Assembly: GCA_031972855.1 (NCBI GenBank)
Contig: DALYDY010000005.1
Location: 1 to 52,315, forward strand
Direction of reading: 5' to 3'
DNA length: 52,315 nt
Source of the DNA: Minisyncoccota bacterium
Lineage (GTDB): Bacteria > Patescibacteriota > Minisyncoccia > Phycocordibacterales > UBA9973
Positions within the stretch are counted from its first letter, which is position 1, and the number at the start of each line of letters is the position of its first letter. Made by a program: the position numbers and the translations under genes. The notes beneath the pieces were generated by a model. The model was not told the origin of the DNA. It saw nothing but the letters and a program-made list of their open reading frames with translations, and made no database searches. Shown in pieces: positions 19,568 through 28,211 of the stretch.

Positions 19568-19572
19568 TTTAT

Positions 19573-19773
19573 ATGAAACAAGATTTTTTCTCTTCAAACA
19601 ATATAAAGCACATAGACTATAAGGACACTGAAATTCTAAAGAAATTCATTGGTCCTTCAGCAAAGATACTGTCACGTCGCCGTACAGGTCTTACTGCAAA
19701 AAATCAAAGAGCTCTTACAGCTGCTGTAAAACGCTCAAGATTTATGGGATTACTTCCATATGTTGCTAAATAA
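19573..19773 (+). CDS. rpsR: 30S ribosomal protein S18
   Basis: [19 protein letters not shown] and GLLPY. Confidence 0.97.
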   Translation: MKQDFFSSNNIKHIDYKDTEILKKFIGPSAKILSRRRTGLTAKNQRALTAAVKRSRFMGLLPYVAK

Positions 19774-19784
19774 TATTGTTTAGA

Positions 19785-19842
19785 AATAAAACACAAATAA
19801 AAACGGAACCCATATGGGTTCCGTTTTTATTTGTGTTTTATT
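19785..19842. terminator. 58-bp perfect palindrome acting as bidirectional terminator between rpsR and efp
   Basis: aataaaacacaaataaaaacggaacccat|atgggttccgtttttatttgtgttttatt, no loop. Confidence 0.8.
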
Positions 19843-20425
19843 ATTTTGCTCTCTCTACGTATTCAGAGTTTTCTGTATTTATAACAATTATTTCTCCCGC
19901 ATTAATGAATAGGGGAACATTGATACTTGTTCCATTTTCAAGAACAACTTGTTTGTTTCCTCCTGTAGCAGAATCTCCTTTGATCGATGGTGGAGCTTCT
20001 TTAACTGTGAAGTTTACTTTTATAGGTAGTTTAACGCCTATAATCTGTTCTTCGTCATCGTATTCAAACATTAGTGCAATCGCTGTACAGTTATCTTTTA
20101 GAAATTTCTTTGTATTTCCATCCATTAGATTATCTTTTACTATAAAGCGATTTTTTGGATCTGTTGGGTCACAGAACCAGTATTCACCTTTGTTTGCATA
20201 TAAAAATTTGATATCTTTTTTTGATACCTCAGCTTCTTCTATTTGGTCTGATGCATGAAATGTTGTTGTAACAGCGCGTCCTGAGATGAGGTTACGCATC
20301 TTTACTTGGTTTTGAGGCTTTCTTTGTTGAGTGCGGGCAACGTGAGAATCTGTTACTTCATAAGGTTCTCCCTCATAAACTACATATTTTCCTATTTTAA
20401 TTTCGTTGTAATCGAGTAGTGACAT
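19841..20425 (-). CDS. efp: Elongation factor P with a non-canonical tip loop
   Basis: IKIGKYVVYEGEPY, FLY, KQVVLENG and VPLFINAGE..INT; start at MSLLDY. Confidence 0.93.
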   Translation of the reverse strand: MSLLDYNEIKIGKYVVYEGEPYEVTDSHVARTQQRKPQNQVKMRNLISGRAVTTTFHASDQIEEAEVSKKDIKFLYANKGEYWFCDPTDPKNRFIVKDNLMDGNTKKFLKDNCTAIALMFEYDDEEQIIGVKLPIKVNFTVKEAPPSIKGDSATGGNKQVVLENGTSINVPLFINAGEIIVINTENSEYVERAK

Positions 20426-20500
20426 AATAATAAAATTTAATGAATACATGAACAGTATATCAAAATTTCCTATTATTTCAAGGGCTTTTATTTTATATAT

Positions 20501-20529
20501 TTGACATTAACATTAATATGTTTTATAAG
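20501..20529 (+). promoter_or_regulatory. Sigma70 promoter upstream of the PP2C-kinase operon
   Basis: TTGACA 20501-20506, 17-nt spacer, TATAAG 20524-20529. A second candidate, TTGCGT-17-AATAAT (20541-20569), overlaps operator box 1. Confidence 0.6.
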
Positions 20530-20557
20530 ATAAAATAATATTGCGTCTTAATTTAAA

Positions 20558-20576
20558 TAGTGTAATAATAACACTA
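20558..20576. promoter_or_regulatory. Operator box 1 (putative NrtR site)
   Basis: TAGTGT-AATAATA-ACACTA, perfect arms, GT-N7-AC core. Confidence 0.8.
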
Positions 20577-20583
20577 AGTAATA

Positions 20584-20602
20584 TAGTGTAGTAAATACAT
20601 TA
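20584..20602. promoter_or_regulatory. Operator box 2 (putative NrtR site)
   Basis: TAGTGT-AGTAAAT-ACATTA, one mismatch, tandem to box 1. Confidence 0.72.
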
Positions 20603-20643
20603 AATAAGTTCGTTGAAAAATCAATAATATAAACTATATAAAA

Positions 20644-21480
20644 ATGAAAAACAAATTTGAAATTAAAGGTGGATCGATTCCTGGAGTTGATCACACATTA
20701 CCCGGTGCGCCGGGTTGGAAAAACAATCAAGATGCATTTTTTGTTTTACAAAATGAAAAAATAACACTTGGTATTGTTGCTGATGGTTGTTCAGAAGGTG
20801 AACATACTGAAGTTGGTTCAAAATTAGCAGTACGACTACTTGGATCTCTAATAATGCGTTTGTATCCTCGTTATGAAGATTCGTTATCTTTGTCACTAGA
20901 ACAAAACACAGAACCATACTTCTTTACTCGCATTAGAGAAGACTTACTTTCTACTCTTCGTCTATTAACAAATCAGATGGGAGATAGTATGACAGAAATT
21001 GTTAAATCATATTTTTCCTTCACTGTTGTTGGTATTCTTGTAACTCCTAAGCGAACATATTTTTTCTCTATTGGTGACGGATTAATTAGTGTAAATGGTA
21101 ACCATAAAAATTTGGGTCCATTTCCAAAAAATGAACCGCCATATCTTGGATTTTCATTACTTGGGGAAAATATTCCTTTTGTAGTAGAACAACATGATAC
21201 TGAAAAAATAGAATGCGCTCTAATTGCTTCTGATGGTATTGATTACTTAATGAAGGCAGAAGGAACCAAAAATCCAAATGGTGTATGGACAATTGAAAAC
21301 ATATCTCTTTTTTGGGAAGATGATTCTTTCTTAAAAAATAGTGACGCAATTCGTCGTAAACTCGCTCTTTATAATACTGAGCATGTTACAAATGAAGGTG
21401 GGTCCCCGTGGATTAAGAAAGGTCAATTAAAAGACGATACAACACTTATTGTTGTTAGAAAAATTTCACAAACAAATTAA
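20644..21480 (+). CDS. PP2C-like protein phosphatase (YegK/PphC-like)
   Basis: G.SIPG..H, NNQDAF, IVADGCSEG, SIGDG, IASDG and DDTTLIVV motifs. Confidence 0.88.
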   Translation: MKNKFEIKGGSIPGVDHTLPGAPGWKNNQDAFFVLQNEKITLGIVADGCSEGEHTEVGSKLAVRLLGSLIMRLYPRYEDSLSLSLEQNTEPYFFTRIREDLLSTLRLLTNQMGDSMTEIVKSYFSFTVVGILVTPKRTYFFSIGDGLISVNGNHKNLGPFPKNEPPYLGFSLLGENIPFVVEQHDTEKIECALIASDGIDYLMKAEGTKNPNGVWTIENISLFWEDDSFLKNSDAIRRKLALYNTEHVTNEGGSPWIKKGQLKDDTTLIVVRKISQTN

Positions 21481-21490
21481 TACGTAGAAA

Positions 21491-22990
21491 ATGAAACTTA
21501 CTATTAATAAAAATACAATCGAGACTAATAGTTTAGGCTTAATTGGAACAGGAGGAGAAGCAGATATTTATCAGTTAAATCAGACACATGTACTAAAAGT
21601 TTTTAAAGATTCTAGGCATCCTGATTATACTGGTAATATTAATGCTCAAGCTGGTGCTCGCGAAAGAATTCGTGTTCACCAAGAAAAGTTACTACAATTT
21701 CCTAAAGGACTTCCATCACAAGTGATAACCCCTTTGGAAATAGCATACGATGTTAGGGGTGCTGTCAGAGGATATATGATGAAACTTATACCTCAAGGGG
21801 TAACGCTTTGGCAATATTCTCAACCAGGCTCATATGTTCGTGGATCTGATGAAGGAAAAATAATATCTTTTCTTCGTTCTATGTATGAAGTTATTATTCA
21901 AATTCACTCAAAAAAAATTGTGATAGGAGACTTCAATGATTTAAACATACTTGTTGATCAAGTATTTCATCCTTGGTTTATTGATTCAGATAGTTATCAA
22001 TTTGGTAAATTCTTGTCAAAAACTTTTGATGAACGTTTTGTTGATCCGCTTTTGTGTATTACCGCAACAGTGGCTACTCATCCTGATATTTGTTCTGATG
22101 GGAAAAGTCATATTGTACTCAGTAAACCACACGGAGAGAAAAGTGACTGGTACGCATTTGCTTCAATGGTCATGCAGACTCTTTGTTCTGTTGGTCCTTA
22201 TGGTGGTGTATATCGTCCAAAATTAAATACGTCGTCTGTGTCACAACACTTACGTCCTATGCACCGCATCTCTATACTTCATCCTGAAGTAATCTATCCT
22301 AAAAAAGCACGCTCTCTTGATTTGTTGCCAGATAATCTTGTTTCGTATTTTGAAGATGTATTTAAAAATGATGTTCGTGGTATTATGCCAAAATCACTTT
22401 TAGATACACTTCGTTTTACAACTTGTACTACTTGTCATACAGTTCACGCTCATGCTGTTTGTCCAAATTGTAACAAACACGTTTTACAACCAATTACTTC
22501 TATTTTTAGAGGTAAGGTTAATGCAGAACGTATTTGGAACACTCGAGGAATTATAGTTACTGCTTCATATGACCATGAATTAGTGTATATCTATCATGAC
22601 GGTATAAGCTATCGCCATAGTAATGGAAATGAAATTCTTCGTGAATCTTATAATCCGTTCATTACATTCTATGTGTCAGGATCTTACACAGTTTATGTTC
22701 GTGGAAATGTACTTTCAGTATTTCACTCTGATAATACTAGAGCAGATTATCCTATTGATGGTAAAACAGGAAATAGGGTAGCTCTCTCTGGTAATAGATT
22801 AGTTTGGATTTCCGATGGGGTTATTACGACAGAAGAAAATATTCTTGGCGTAACAACAACAAAAAAACTTGGAACAGTTCTTGGTGGAAACACCGATATT
22901 TGGACAAGTGACAATGTTGGGTTTGGAAAGTATCGCGCAGGTGAAATAGTTAGATATTTTATTTTTTCTCCAACATACAGTTTTGAATGA
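21491..22990 (+). CDS. YegI-like Ser/Thr protein kinase with CxxC..CxxC Zn ribbon and beta-rich C-terminus (N-terminal part of a frameshifted gene)
   Basis: IGTGGEADIY, VLKVF, IVIGDFNDLNILV, FIDSDS and CTTC...CPNC. Confidence 0.85.
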   Translation: MKLTINKNTIETNSLGLIGTGGEADIYQLNQTHVLKVFKDSRHPDYTGNINAQAGARERIRVHQEKLLQFPKGLPSQVITPLEIAYDVRGAVRGYMMKLIPQGVTLWQYSQPGSYVRGSDEGKIISFLRSMYEVIIQIHSKKIVIGDFNDLNILVDQVFHPWFIDSDSYQFGKFLSKTFDERFVDPLLCITATVATHPDICSDGKSHIVLSKPHGEKSDWYAFASMVMQTLCSVGPYGGVYRPKLNTSSVSQHLRPMHRISILHPEVIYPKKARSLDLLPDNLVSYFEDVFKNDVRGIMPKSLLDTLRFTTCTTCHTVHAHAVCPNCNKHVLQPITSIFRGKVNAERIWNTRGIIVTASYDHELVYIYHDGISYRHSNGNEILRESYNPFITFYVSGSYTVYVRGNVLSVFHSDNTRADYPIDGKTGNRVALSGNRLVWISDGVITTEENILGVTTTKKLGTVLGGNTDIWTSDNVGFGKYRAGEIVRYFIFSPTYSFE

Positions 22991-23396
22991 CAATATTACA
23001 TTACCTCCAATTGCTGGAAAAGTAATTGAAAGTAATGTTTATTTCAGTCAAACATATATTTGGTACTTTATTCTTGTTCAAGAATTAGGTATTCAAAAAG
23101 TACATACATATCTTATTGATTCTAAAACAGGAACACTTATTGCAACAGCTGTAGGCCAAGCAAATGATGGGTCGTGGATAGGGTCAACTAAAGGTAAACT
23201 TGCCTCAGGTAATTTTCTTCTTTCACCATCAGATGATGGTATTGTAAGAATAGAAGCAAATGGAGGAACACTTCATGTTGCTAAAAAATTTCCTGACACG
23301 TATGACATAGTTGATTGTCATACAAATCTATTTCCAGGTAAAACAGGGCTTTCAATTATTTCTTCTCAAGAAATATGGCAAGTCTCAATTAAATAA
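22983..23396 (+). CDS. Probable C-terminal continuation of the kinase in the +1 frame
   Basis: Only a TTG start, no ribosome-binding space, 8-nt overlap at AGTTTTGAATGA. Removing one T fuses the two frames (...YSLNDNITLPP...). Confidence 0.6.
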   Translation: MNDNITLPPIAGKVIESNVYFSQTYIWYFILVQELGIQKVHTYLIDSKTGTLIATAVGQANDGSWIGSTKGKLASGNFLLSPSDDGIVRIEANGGTLHVAKKFPDTYDIVDCHTNLFPGKTGLSIISSQEIWQVSIK

Positions 23397-23430
23397 AACA
23401 ATTCAAAAAACACTTTTAATTTTAAACAAA

Positions 23431-24549
23431 ATGTCAAACAAAGTTTTTCATGGGTATGATCCCAAAAACGCAGAAGACTTCTCTTACAATCCCAATATGG
23501 CATTGGTACAAGAAGCAGCTCTCGCATACGCAAGAGTTAATAATTTACATCCAGGAACAAGCGATAAAATAAAGCTTGCATTGCTGTTGATTGATGCACA
23601 ACGTGACTTCTGTCATAAAGAAGGAACGCTTTACGTAGGTGGCCGAACTGGTGATGGTGCTATAGATGATTCAAAGCGAATTGCTGAGTTCATTTATAAC
23701 AATGTCGGAATCATTTCAAAAACCATTGCAACACTCGATACGCACTTTCCGTGGCAGATTTTTTTCTCTAATTTTTTCGTAAATCGAAAAGGAGAAGAAT
23801 TACAGCCTCATACATTGATCGATGTAGCAGTTGATAATGGCCGTGACATTCTAGTTAATCTTGATTTGGCAGGAAATTTGCTTAACAGTGATATTCTTCC
23901 TAATCCAAAGATTGCTGGTGAATTTAAGGTTAATCCAGCATGGCTACACAGTCAATGTTTGCATTATTGTAAAAGCTTGAAAGATCCAAACAGTGGTCGT
24001 TCGAAGTACACATTGTATCTGTGGCCGTTACATTGCCTTATTGGCAGTATTGGACACACTCTTGTTGGTGTTATTGATGAAGCTCGTCAGTTTCACTCTT
24101 TTGCTCGTTCTTCACAGCCAGAAATTGAAATAAAAGGAGGTAATCCTTTAACTGAAAATTACTCAATCGTCCAACCAGAAGTGTTGACTCTTTTTGATAA
24201 TTTAAACAGTCCTATTGCACAACGCAATGTTTCATTTCTAAAGCAGTTACTCAACTATGATATGGTTGTAATTGCCGGACAAGCTTCAAGTCATTGTGTG
24301 GCTTCATCAATCGATGACATCCTTGCAGAGATTAATGCTAAAGATCCTTCTTTAGCAAAGAAAGTATATATCCTTCGTGATTGTACTTCCGCAGTGGCTG
24401 TCCCTGATGGGAATGGTGGATTTTTTGCAGATTTTACTGATCAAGCAGAAGCAGCTTTCAAACGTTTTGCTGATGCTGGTATGAATGTTGTAAACTCTAC
24501 CGATCCAATTAGTACTTGGCCTGGTGTTGCTAGTACTTTATATTCATAA
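23431..24549 (+). CDS. Cysteine hydrolase (isochorismatase/nicotinamidase superfamily), long form
   Basis: LLLIDAQRDF, TLDTH, WPLHC and AGQASSHCV motifs; start at MSNKV. Confidence 0.9.
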   Translation: MSNKVFHGYDPKNAEDFSYNPNMALVQEAALAYARVNNLHPGTSDKIKLALLLIDAQRDFCHKEGTLYVGGRTGDGAIDDSKRIAEFIYNNVGIISKTIATLDTHFPWQIFFSNFFVNRKGEELQPHTLIDVAVDNGRDILVNLDLAGNLLNSDILPNPKIAGEFKVNPAWLHSQCLHYCKSLKDPNSGRSKYTLYLWPLHCLIGSIGHTLVGVIDEARQFHSFARSSQPEIEIKGGNPLTENYSIVQPEVLTLFDNLNSPIAQRNVSFLKQLLNYDMVVIAGQASSHCVASSIDDILAEINAKDPSLAKKVYILRDCTSAVAVPDGNGGFFADFTDQAEAAFKRFADAGMNVVNSTDPISTWPGVASTLYS

Positions 24550-24558
24550 CACTTGCCC

Positions 24559-24591
24559 AGTGTGACAAAGCTTTAAAAACTTTGTCACACT
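24559..24591. repeat. Intercistronic hairpin between the hydrolase and vWA genes
   Basis: agtgtgacaaag-ctttaaaaa-ctttgtcacact, no strong U-tract. Confidence 0.6.
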
Positions 24592-24636
24592 TAATAAAAT
24601 AGTTTTAAAATCAAACAACAATTAAATAAAAAAAAC

Positions 24637-25422
24637 ATGTCAAACAACACAACACTGCTCAATGATGCAGTAAATAATGGAAATCTTTCACCTGATGCTT
24701 TAGTTGCAATGAATAATATTCCTGATTTAGGATTAGCATTGCAACATGCAATGGGGGTGAATATTGATGACATTAATTCCAGTGAAATTACATTGGTAGC
24801 AATGCTCATCGATGATTCAAGCTCAATCAGAAGTGGTGGAAATGAACGCATTGTTTGTGATGGCCATAATATGGTTATCGAATCTATTAAAGATTCCAAA
24901 CAAAAAAACGGCGTTCTTATACTAACAAAGTATTTGAATGGAAAAGTTTTATGTCCTTGGGCTCCTATAGATCAGGCGGTGATTATGGACTCACAAAATT
25001 ATCACGCAAATGGTAGTACACCACTTTATGATCAGACCGTTGAATTCCTTGCATTAATTGCCGCGAAGACCGAAGAGTTTGAGCAAATGGCCGGTGTTCC
25101 TGTTCGTAGTATAAGCCTTATCATTAGTGATGGTGCTGACTATGGTTCATACACACAAAAGCCTCATAATGTATCTGCTGTAGTTAAGAGTATGTTAAAA
25201 AGTGAAAAGCATATCATTGCAGCTATGGGTATCGATGATGGCTCTACTGATTTCAAAAAAATATTCTCAAGTATGGGATTAGAAGATTCATGGATCCTTA
25301 CACCAGGTAATTCTGAAAAAGAAATTCGTGCATCATTTAGAATGTTTTCTCAGAGTGCTGTCCGTGCAAGCCAAAGCGGTGCAGGATTTAGCAAAACCGC
25401 AATGGGTGGTTTTGGAAATTAA
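24637..25422 (+). CDS. von Willebrand factor A domain protein (YegL/TerY-like)
   Basis: MIDAS motifs LIDDSSSI, NGSTPLYD and IISDG. Confidence 0.85.
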   Translation: MSNNTTLLNDAVNNGNLSPDALVAMNNIPDLGLALQHAMGVNIDDINSSEITLVAMLIDDSSSIRSGGNERIVCDGHNMVIESIKDSKQKNGVLILTKYLNGKVLCPWAPIDQAVIMDSQNYHANGSTPLYDQTVEFLALIAAKTEEFEQMAGVPVRSISLIISDGADYGSYTQKPHNVSAVVKSMLKSEKHIIAAMGIDDGSTDFKKIFSSMGLEDSWILTPGNSEKEIRASFRMFSQSAVRASQSGAGFSKTAMGGFGN

Positions 25423-25455
25423 GTTTTAAAAAATAGTTCTTTCTGTTCTTTTTAC

Positions 25456-25531
25456 AAAGCGATGATATATTCATCGCTTTTTTTATTTTTAATAAATAAA
25501 CAATAAAAAAAGTCCCGCATTAGAGCGGGAC
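25456..25531. terminator. Back-to-back terminators for the vWA operon (+) and pncAB (-)
   Basis: aaagcgatga/tcatcgcttt plus T-run; gtcccgc/gcgggac preceded by an A7 run. Confidence 0.7.
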
Positions 25532-25544
25532 CTGTATGAGGTCC

Positions 25545-27449
25545 TTATACCTCACATTTTTTACTGTAGGTTTCGTGATACTGCAGAGCTTTTTTGTAAG
25601 CCTCTACTGTTTCAGGGTGACCCATGGCTTTGGCGGCATTGTCTGAAATTTTCACACAATATTTGCCGTCAATTGAGTAGGGTTTCGAAACGATTGATAA
25701 CTGCTTCAATCCCAAATTGTTGGTCAACTTTGTGCCCCAACCAAATGATATTTTTGTTTGATCAGCAAATTTATTTGTTATATTGATCATGTCAGGAATA
25801 TCGAGCCCGTCACTTGGGACCGACATTTTTCCTTTAGGATCAATATTAAATGATTTGTACTTTTCAAAAAGACTTGGAATTGCTTCCATTGGATCTTTTG
25901 AATCAATCCTAAAGCCTTTCCAATTATGGAAGACTTCTTTTGGAAGAAACTTGAAAGCAAAATCTGTACCATATGTATCAGGTAGGGAAATTGATAATGC
26001 ATAGCTATATTTTTTCCACCACGATTCATGTAGTTTTATGAATGGTTTTTTTATTGATTCGATTGAACCATCAAATTCCATTGCAACCATTCCCATAGAA
26101 AGTTCGTGGGCACAAGTACCAATCGGCATCAAGTCATACTTGGAAGCCAACGATACTTTTGAAGTACCGACAAACTGCGAACCCAATTCTTCAGCACAGC
26201 GTGATATAACAAAATCGTGCCACATAGTTCCAAAGCTTCGGCGATTACCGAAGTCTGAGAAGAATATTTTTGGATTATCTTTGATAATCTTAATATTTTT
26301 ACTCAAACGTTGAATACCTTCCGCATATACCGCCTCACGTTCCATCCGGGACATTTTTTTGAGTTGTGCTCGGTAATAAAGACCATTCACAATTCTTAAT
26401 GTTGGAATTTCTGCATGTTTTGAGTGTATCCACGGGCCCTTGGTTCTTATATCAAGCTGGCCGTTTTCAATGCCGAACGTAGGTTCGGGAATCCGCAAGT
26501 TTGCCAAATGATCCAAATATGGTTCATCAAACATTCTTGTTTCGTATTCATTTACACCACGTAAGTAATGTAACTCCGTCCTGGTTGCTTGTAATGCTAT
26601 AACATGAGCATATTCAGCCATAAAATCATCTTCAGTGATGAATTGGGCTAAATGTACATCTTTGGTACGGTTTTTGAATCTCCATTCCATTTCAGCATTA
26701 GCTAGGTGTGGGTGATCAAACAGAAAATTTCCCATTGAAAATTTGTAGAAGTCATCTTCCAAAACAGAAGTGACTATTGGCTCCTCGAGCATTGATTGGT
26801 CGAGCAAGTCCAAGTTTAGAGGAGGTAATCGTTTGATTGGTTTTTCTAAATGATTTCTTTTGATTGGTTGCTCACAAACATCAACGGTTGTTGTTTGGAT
26901 TGCGCCACTCATTTTCATCAAATGAATAGCGTCTCTTTCATCGTTCATCTTTACATTCACTGCTGCCATTGCATCAACTAGGAAAAAGGTTTCAAAACCA
27001 TTTTTAATGGAATCTAAAACTGTTGCTTTTACGCAATAGTCTGTAGCGAGGCCTCCAATATAAACTGTTTTAATTCCTTGGCTTTTTAGGAAGTCTTCAA
27101 GGTTCATACCTTGTCCTTCTACTGTACCGTGTTCATCGAATGCAGAATATGCATCCTCGTTACCCATACCTTTTGAGAGTATGTATGCAGTTGAAGGGAA
27201 GATTAGATCTTTGTGAAATTCGGCACCATGCGTATTTTGCACACAATGCTCTTTCCATTTTATGAAATGACTTGTATCTTTTGGATGCCAGTCACGAGTG
27301 AAAATTATGAGCCAGCCACTTTTTTGGGCATACTCAATCATTTTGTTCCAAGTGCCGATTAAAAGATCAGCACCTTCTACTCCCAAGGCTCCGCCAGGGA
27401 AGAAGTCTTTTGCAAGGTCAACCAAGACCAAAGCTTTCTTTGTTTTCAT
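25545..27449 (-). CDS. pncB: Fusion of nicotinamidase (PncA) and nicotinate phosphoribosyltransferase (PncB)
   Basis: N-half VDLAKDF, TRDWH, HCVQ, SKG and GLATDYCV; C-half DDFYKFSM, DFGNRR, GTCAHE, PDTYG, RIDS, SDGL, FGWGT and KISDN. Confidence 0.92.
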   Translation of the reverse strand: MKTKKALVLVDLAKDFFPGGALGVEGADLLIGTWNKMIEYAQKSGWLIIFTRDWHPKDTSHFIKWKEHCVQNTHGAEFHKDLIFPSTAYILSKGMGNEDAYSAFDEHGTVEGQGMNLEDFLKSQGIKTVYIGGLATDYCVKATVLDSIKNGFETFFLVDAMAAVNVKMNDERDAIHLMKMSGAIQTTTVDVCEQPIKRNHLEKPIKRLPPLNLDLLDQSMLEEPIVTSVLEDDFYKFSMGNFLFDHPHLANAEMEWRFKNRTKDVHLAQFITEDDFMAEYAHVIALQATRTELHYLRGVNEYETRMFDEPYLDHLANLRIPEPTFGIENGQLDIRTKGPWIHSKHAEIPTLRIVNGLYYRAQLKKMSRMEREAVYAEGIQRLSKNIKIIKDNPKIFFSDFGNRRSFGTMWHDFVISRCAEELGSQFVGTSKVSLASKYDLMPIGTCAHELSMGMVAMEFDGSIESIKKPFIKLHESWWKKYSYALSISLPDTYGTDFAFKFLPKEVFHNWKGFRIDSKDPMEAIPSLFEKYKSFNIDPKGKMSVPSDGLDIPDMINITNKFADQTKISFGWGTKLTNNLGLKQLSIVSKPYSIDGKYCVKISDNAAKAMGHPETVEAYKKALQYHETYSKKCEV

Positions 27450-27487
27450 AAATTTACTTTATTTAATTGTTTTTCAATGTTCTTTAT

Positions 27488-27506
27488 TAGTGTCTTTATT
27501 ACACTA
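27488..27506. promoter_or_regulatory. Operator box 3 (putative NrtR site) overlapping the pncAB extended -10
   Basis: TAGTGT-CTTTATT-ACACTA; minus-strand TGA-TATAGT at 27511-27503. Confidence 0.8.
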
Positions 27507-27591
27507 TATCATAATGTAGATTTAGTGTATATATTTTTATTTATTATAAACCATATATTTAAATAAGTCAATAGTAGTATAATTATCTATA

Positions 27592-27610
27592 TATTGTATT
27601 TATTACACTA
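27592..27610. promoter_or_regulatory. Operator box 4 (putative NrtR site) at the nadD promoter
   Basis: TATTGT-ATTTATT-ACACTA directly before TGA-TATACT (27613-27621). Confidence 0.72.
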
Positions 27611-27627
27611 TATGATATACTGTATTT

Positions 27628-28209
27628 ATGAAAGATAATCATAAACATATAGGACTCTTGTTTGGATCATTCAATCCTATTCATGAGGGGCACATCGCTC
27701 TGGCAGAAGAGGCTCTTTTAGAAAAAACTGTTGACGAAGTGTGGTTTGTTGTTTCTCCTCAAAATCCTCAAAAAGACAAAAAAACACTCGCTTCATTTGA
27801 AGATAGGGTCAATATGGTAGAGATTGCAATTGAAGGGCTTTCAAATATATCTGTTTCCAAAATTGAAGAATATTTATCTGTACCTTCATATACTTATCAC
27901 ACACTTGAGTTATTAAGAGAACAACATCCAGAATATATTTTTTCTATTATTGGTGGTAGTGATATTTTAGAAACACTACACACTTGGAAAAATTCAGTTG
28001 AAATTATTTTACATCACGACTTTATTGTACGTTCTAGAAATAAAGAACCTATAATTATTCCTGAAGGTGTACGAGTCAAAGTTCTTTCTGGAATAAAAGA
28101 ACTTTCAGCAACCCTAATTAGACAAGATATTACAGATCAGATTTTAGAAAAAGAATCTATCAATCCACTAGTTATAAAATATATAAAAGAAAATCAACTA
28201 TATAAATAG
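27628..28209 (+). CDS. nadD: Nicotinate-nucleotide adenylyltransferase
   Basis: GLLFGSFNPIHEGH, PSYTYHTL, IIGGSD, W.N and LSATLIR. Confidence 0.93.
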   Translation: MKDNHKHIGLLFGSFNPIHEGHIALAEEALLEKTVDEVWFVVSPQNPQKDKKTLASFEDRVNMVEIAIEGLSNISVSKIEEYLSVPSYTYHTLELLREQHPEYIFSIIGGSDILETLHTWKNSVEIILHHDFIVRSRNKEPIIIPEGVRVKVLSGIKELSATLIRQDITDQILEKESINPLVIKYIKENQLYK

Positions 28210-28211
28210 CG

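Noticed and set aside
22988-22990. TGA read as Gly or Trp (alternative genetic code)
   Set aside because: The continuation is in another frame, and all conserved genes are intact under code 11
23311-23430. Longer N-terminal extensions in the ORF track (also 8716-9366, 33162, 38563, 40760, 20449)
   Set aside because: They overlap upstream genes or promoters; downstream ATGs fit family N-termini better
27523-27541. Sixth operator box
   Set aside because: Only the TAGTGT half-site is present; no ACACTA-like arm 7 nt downstream
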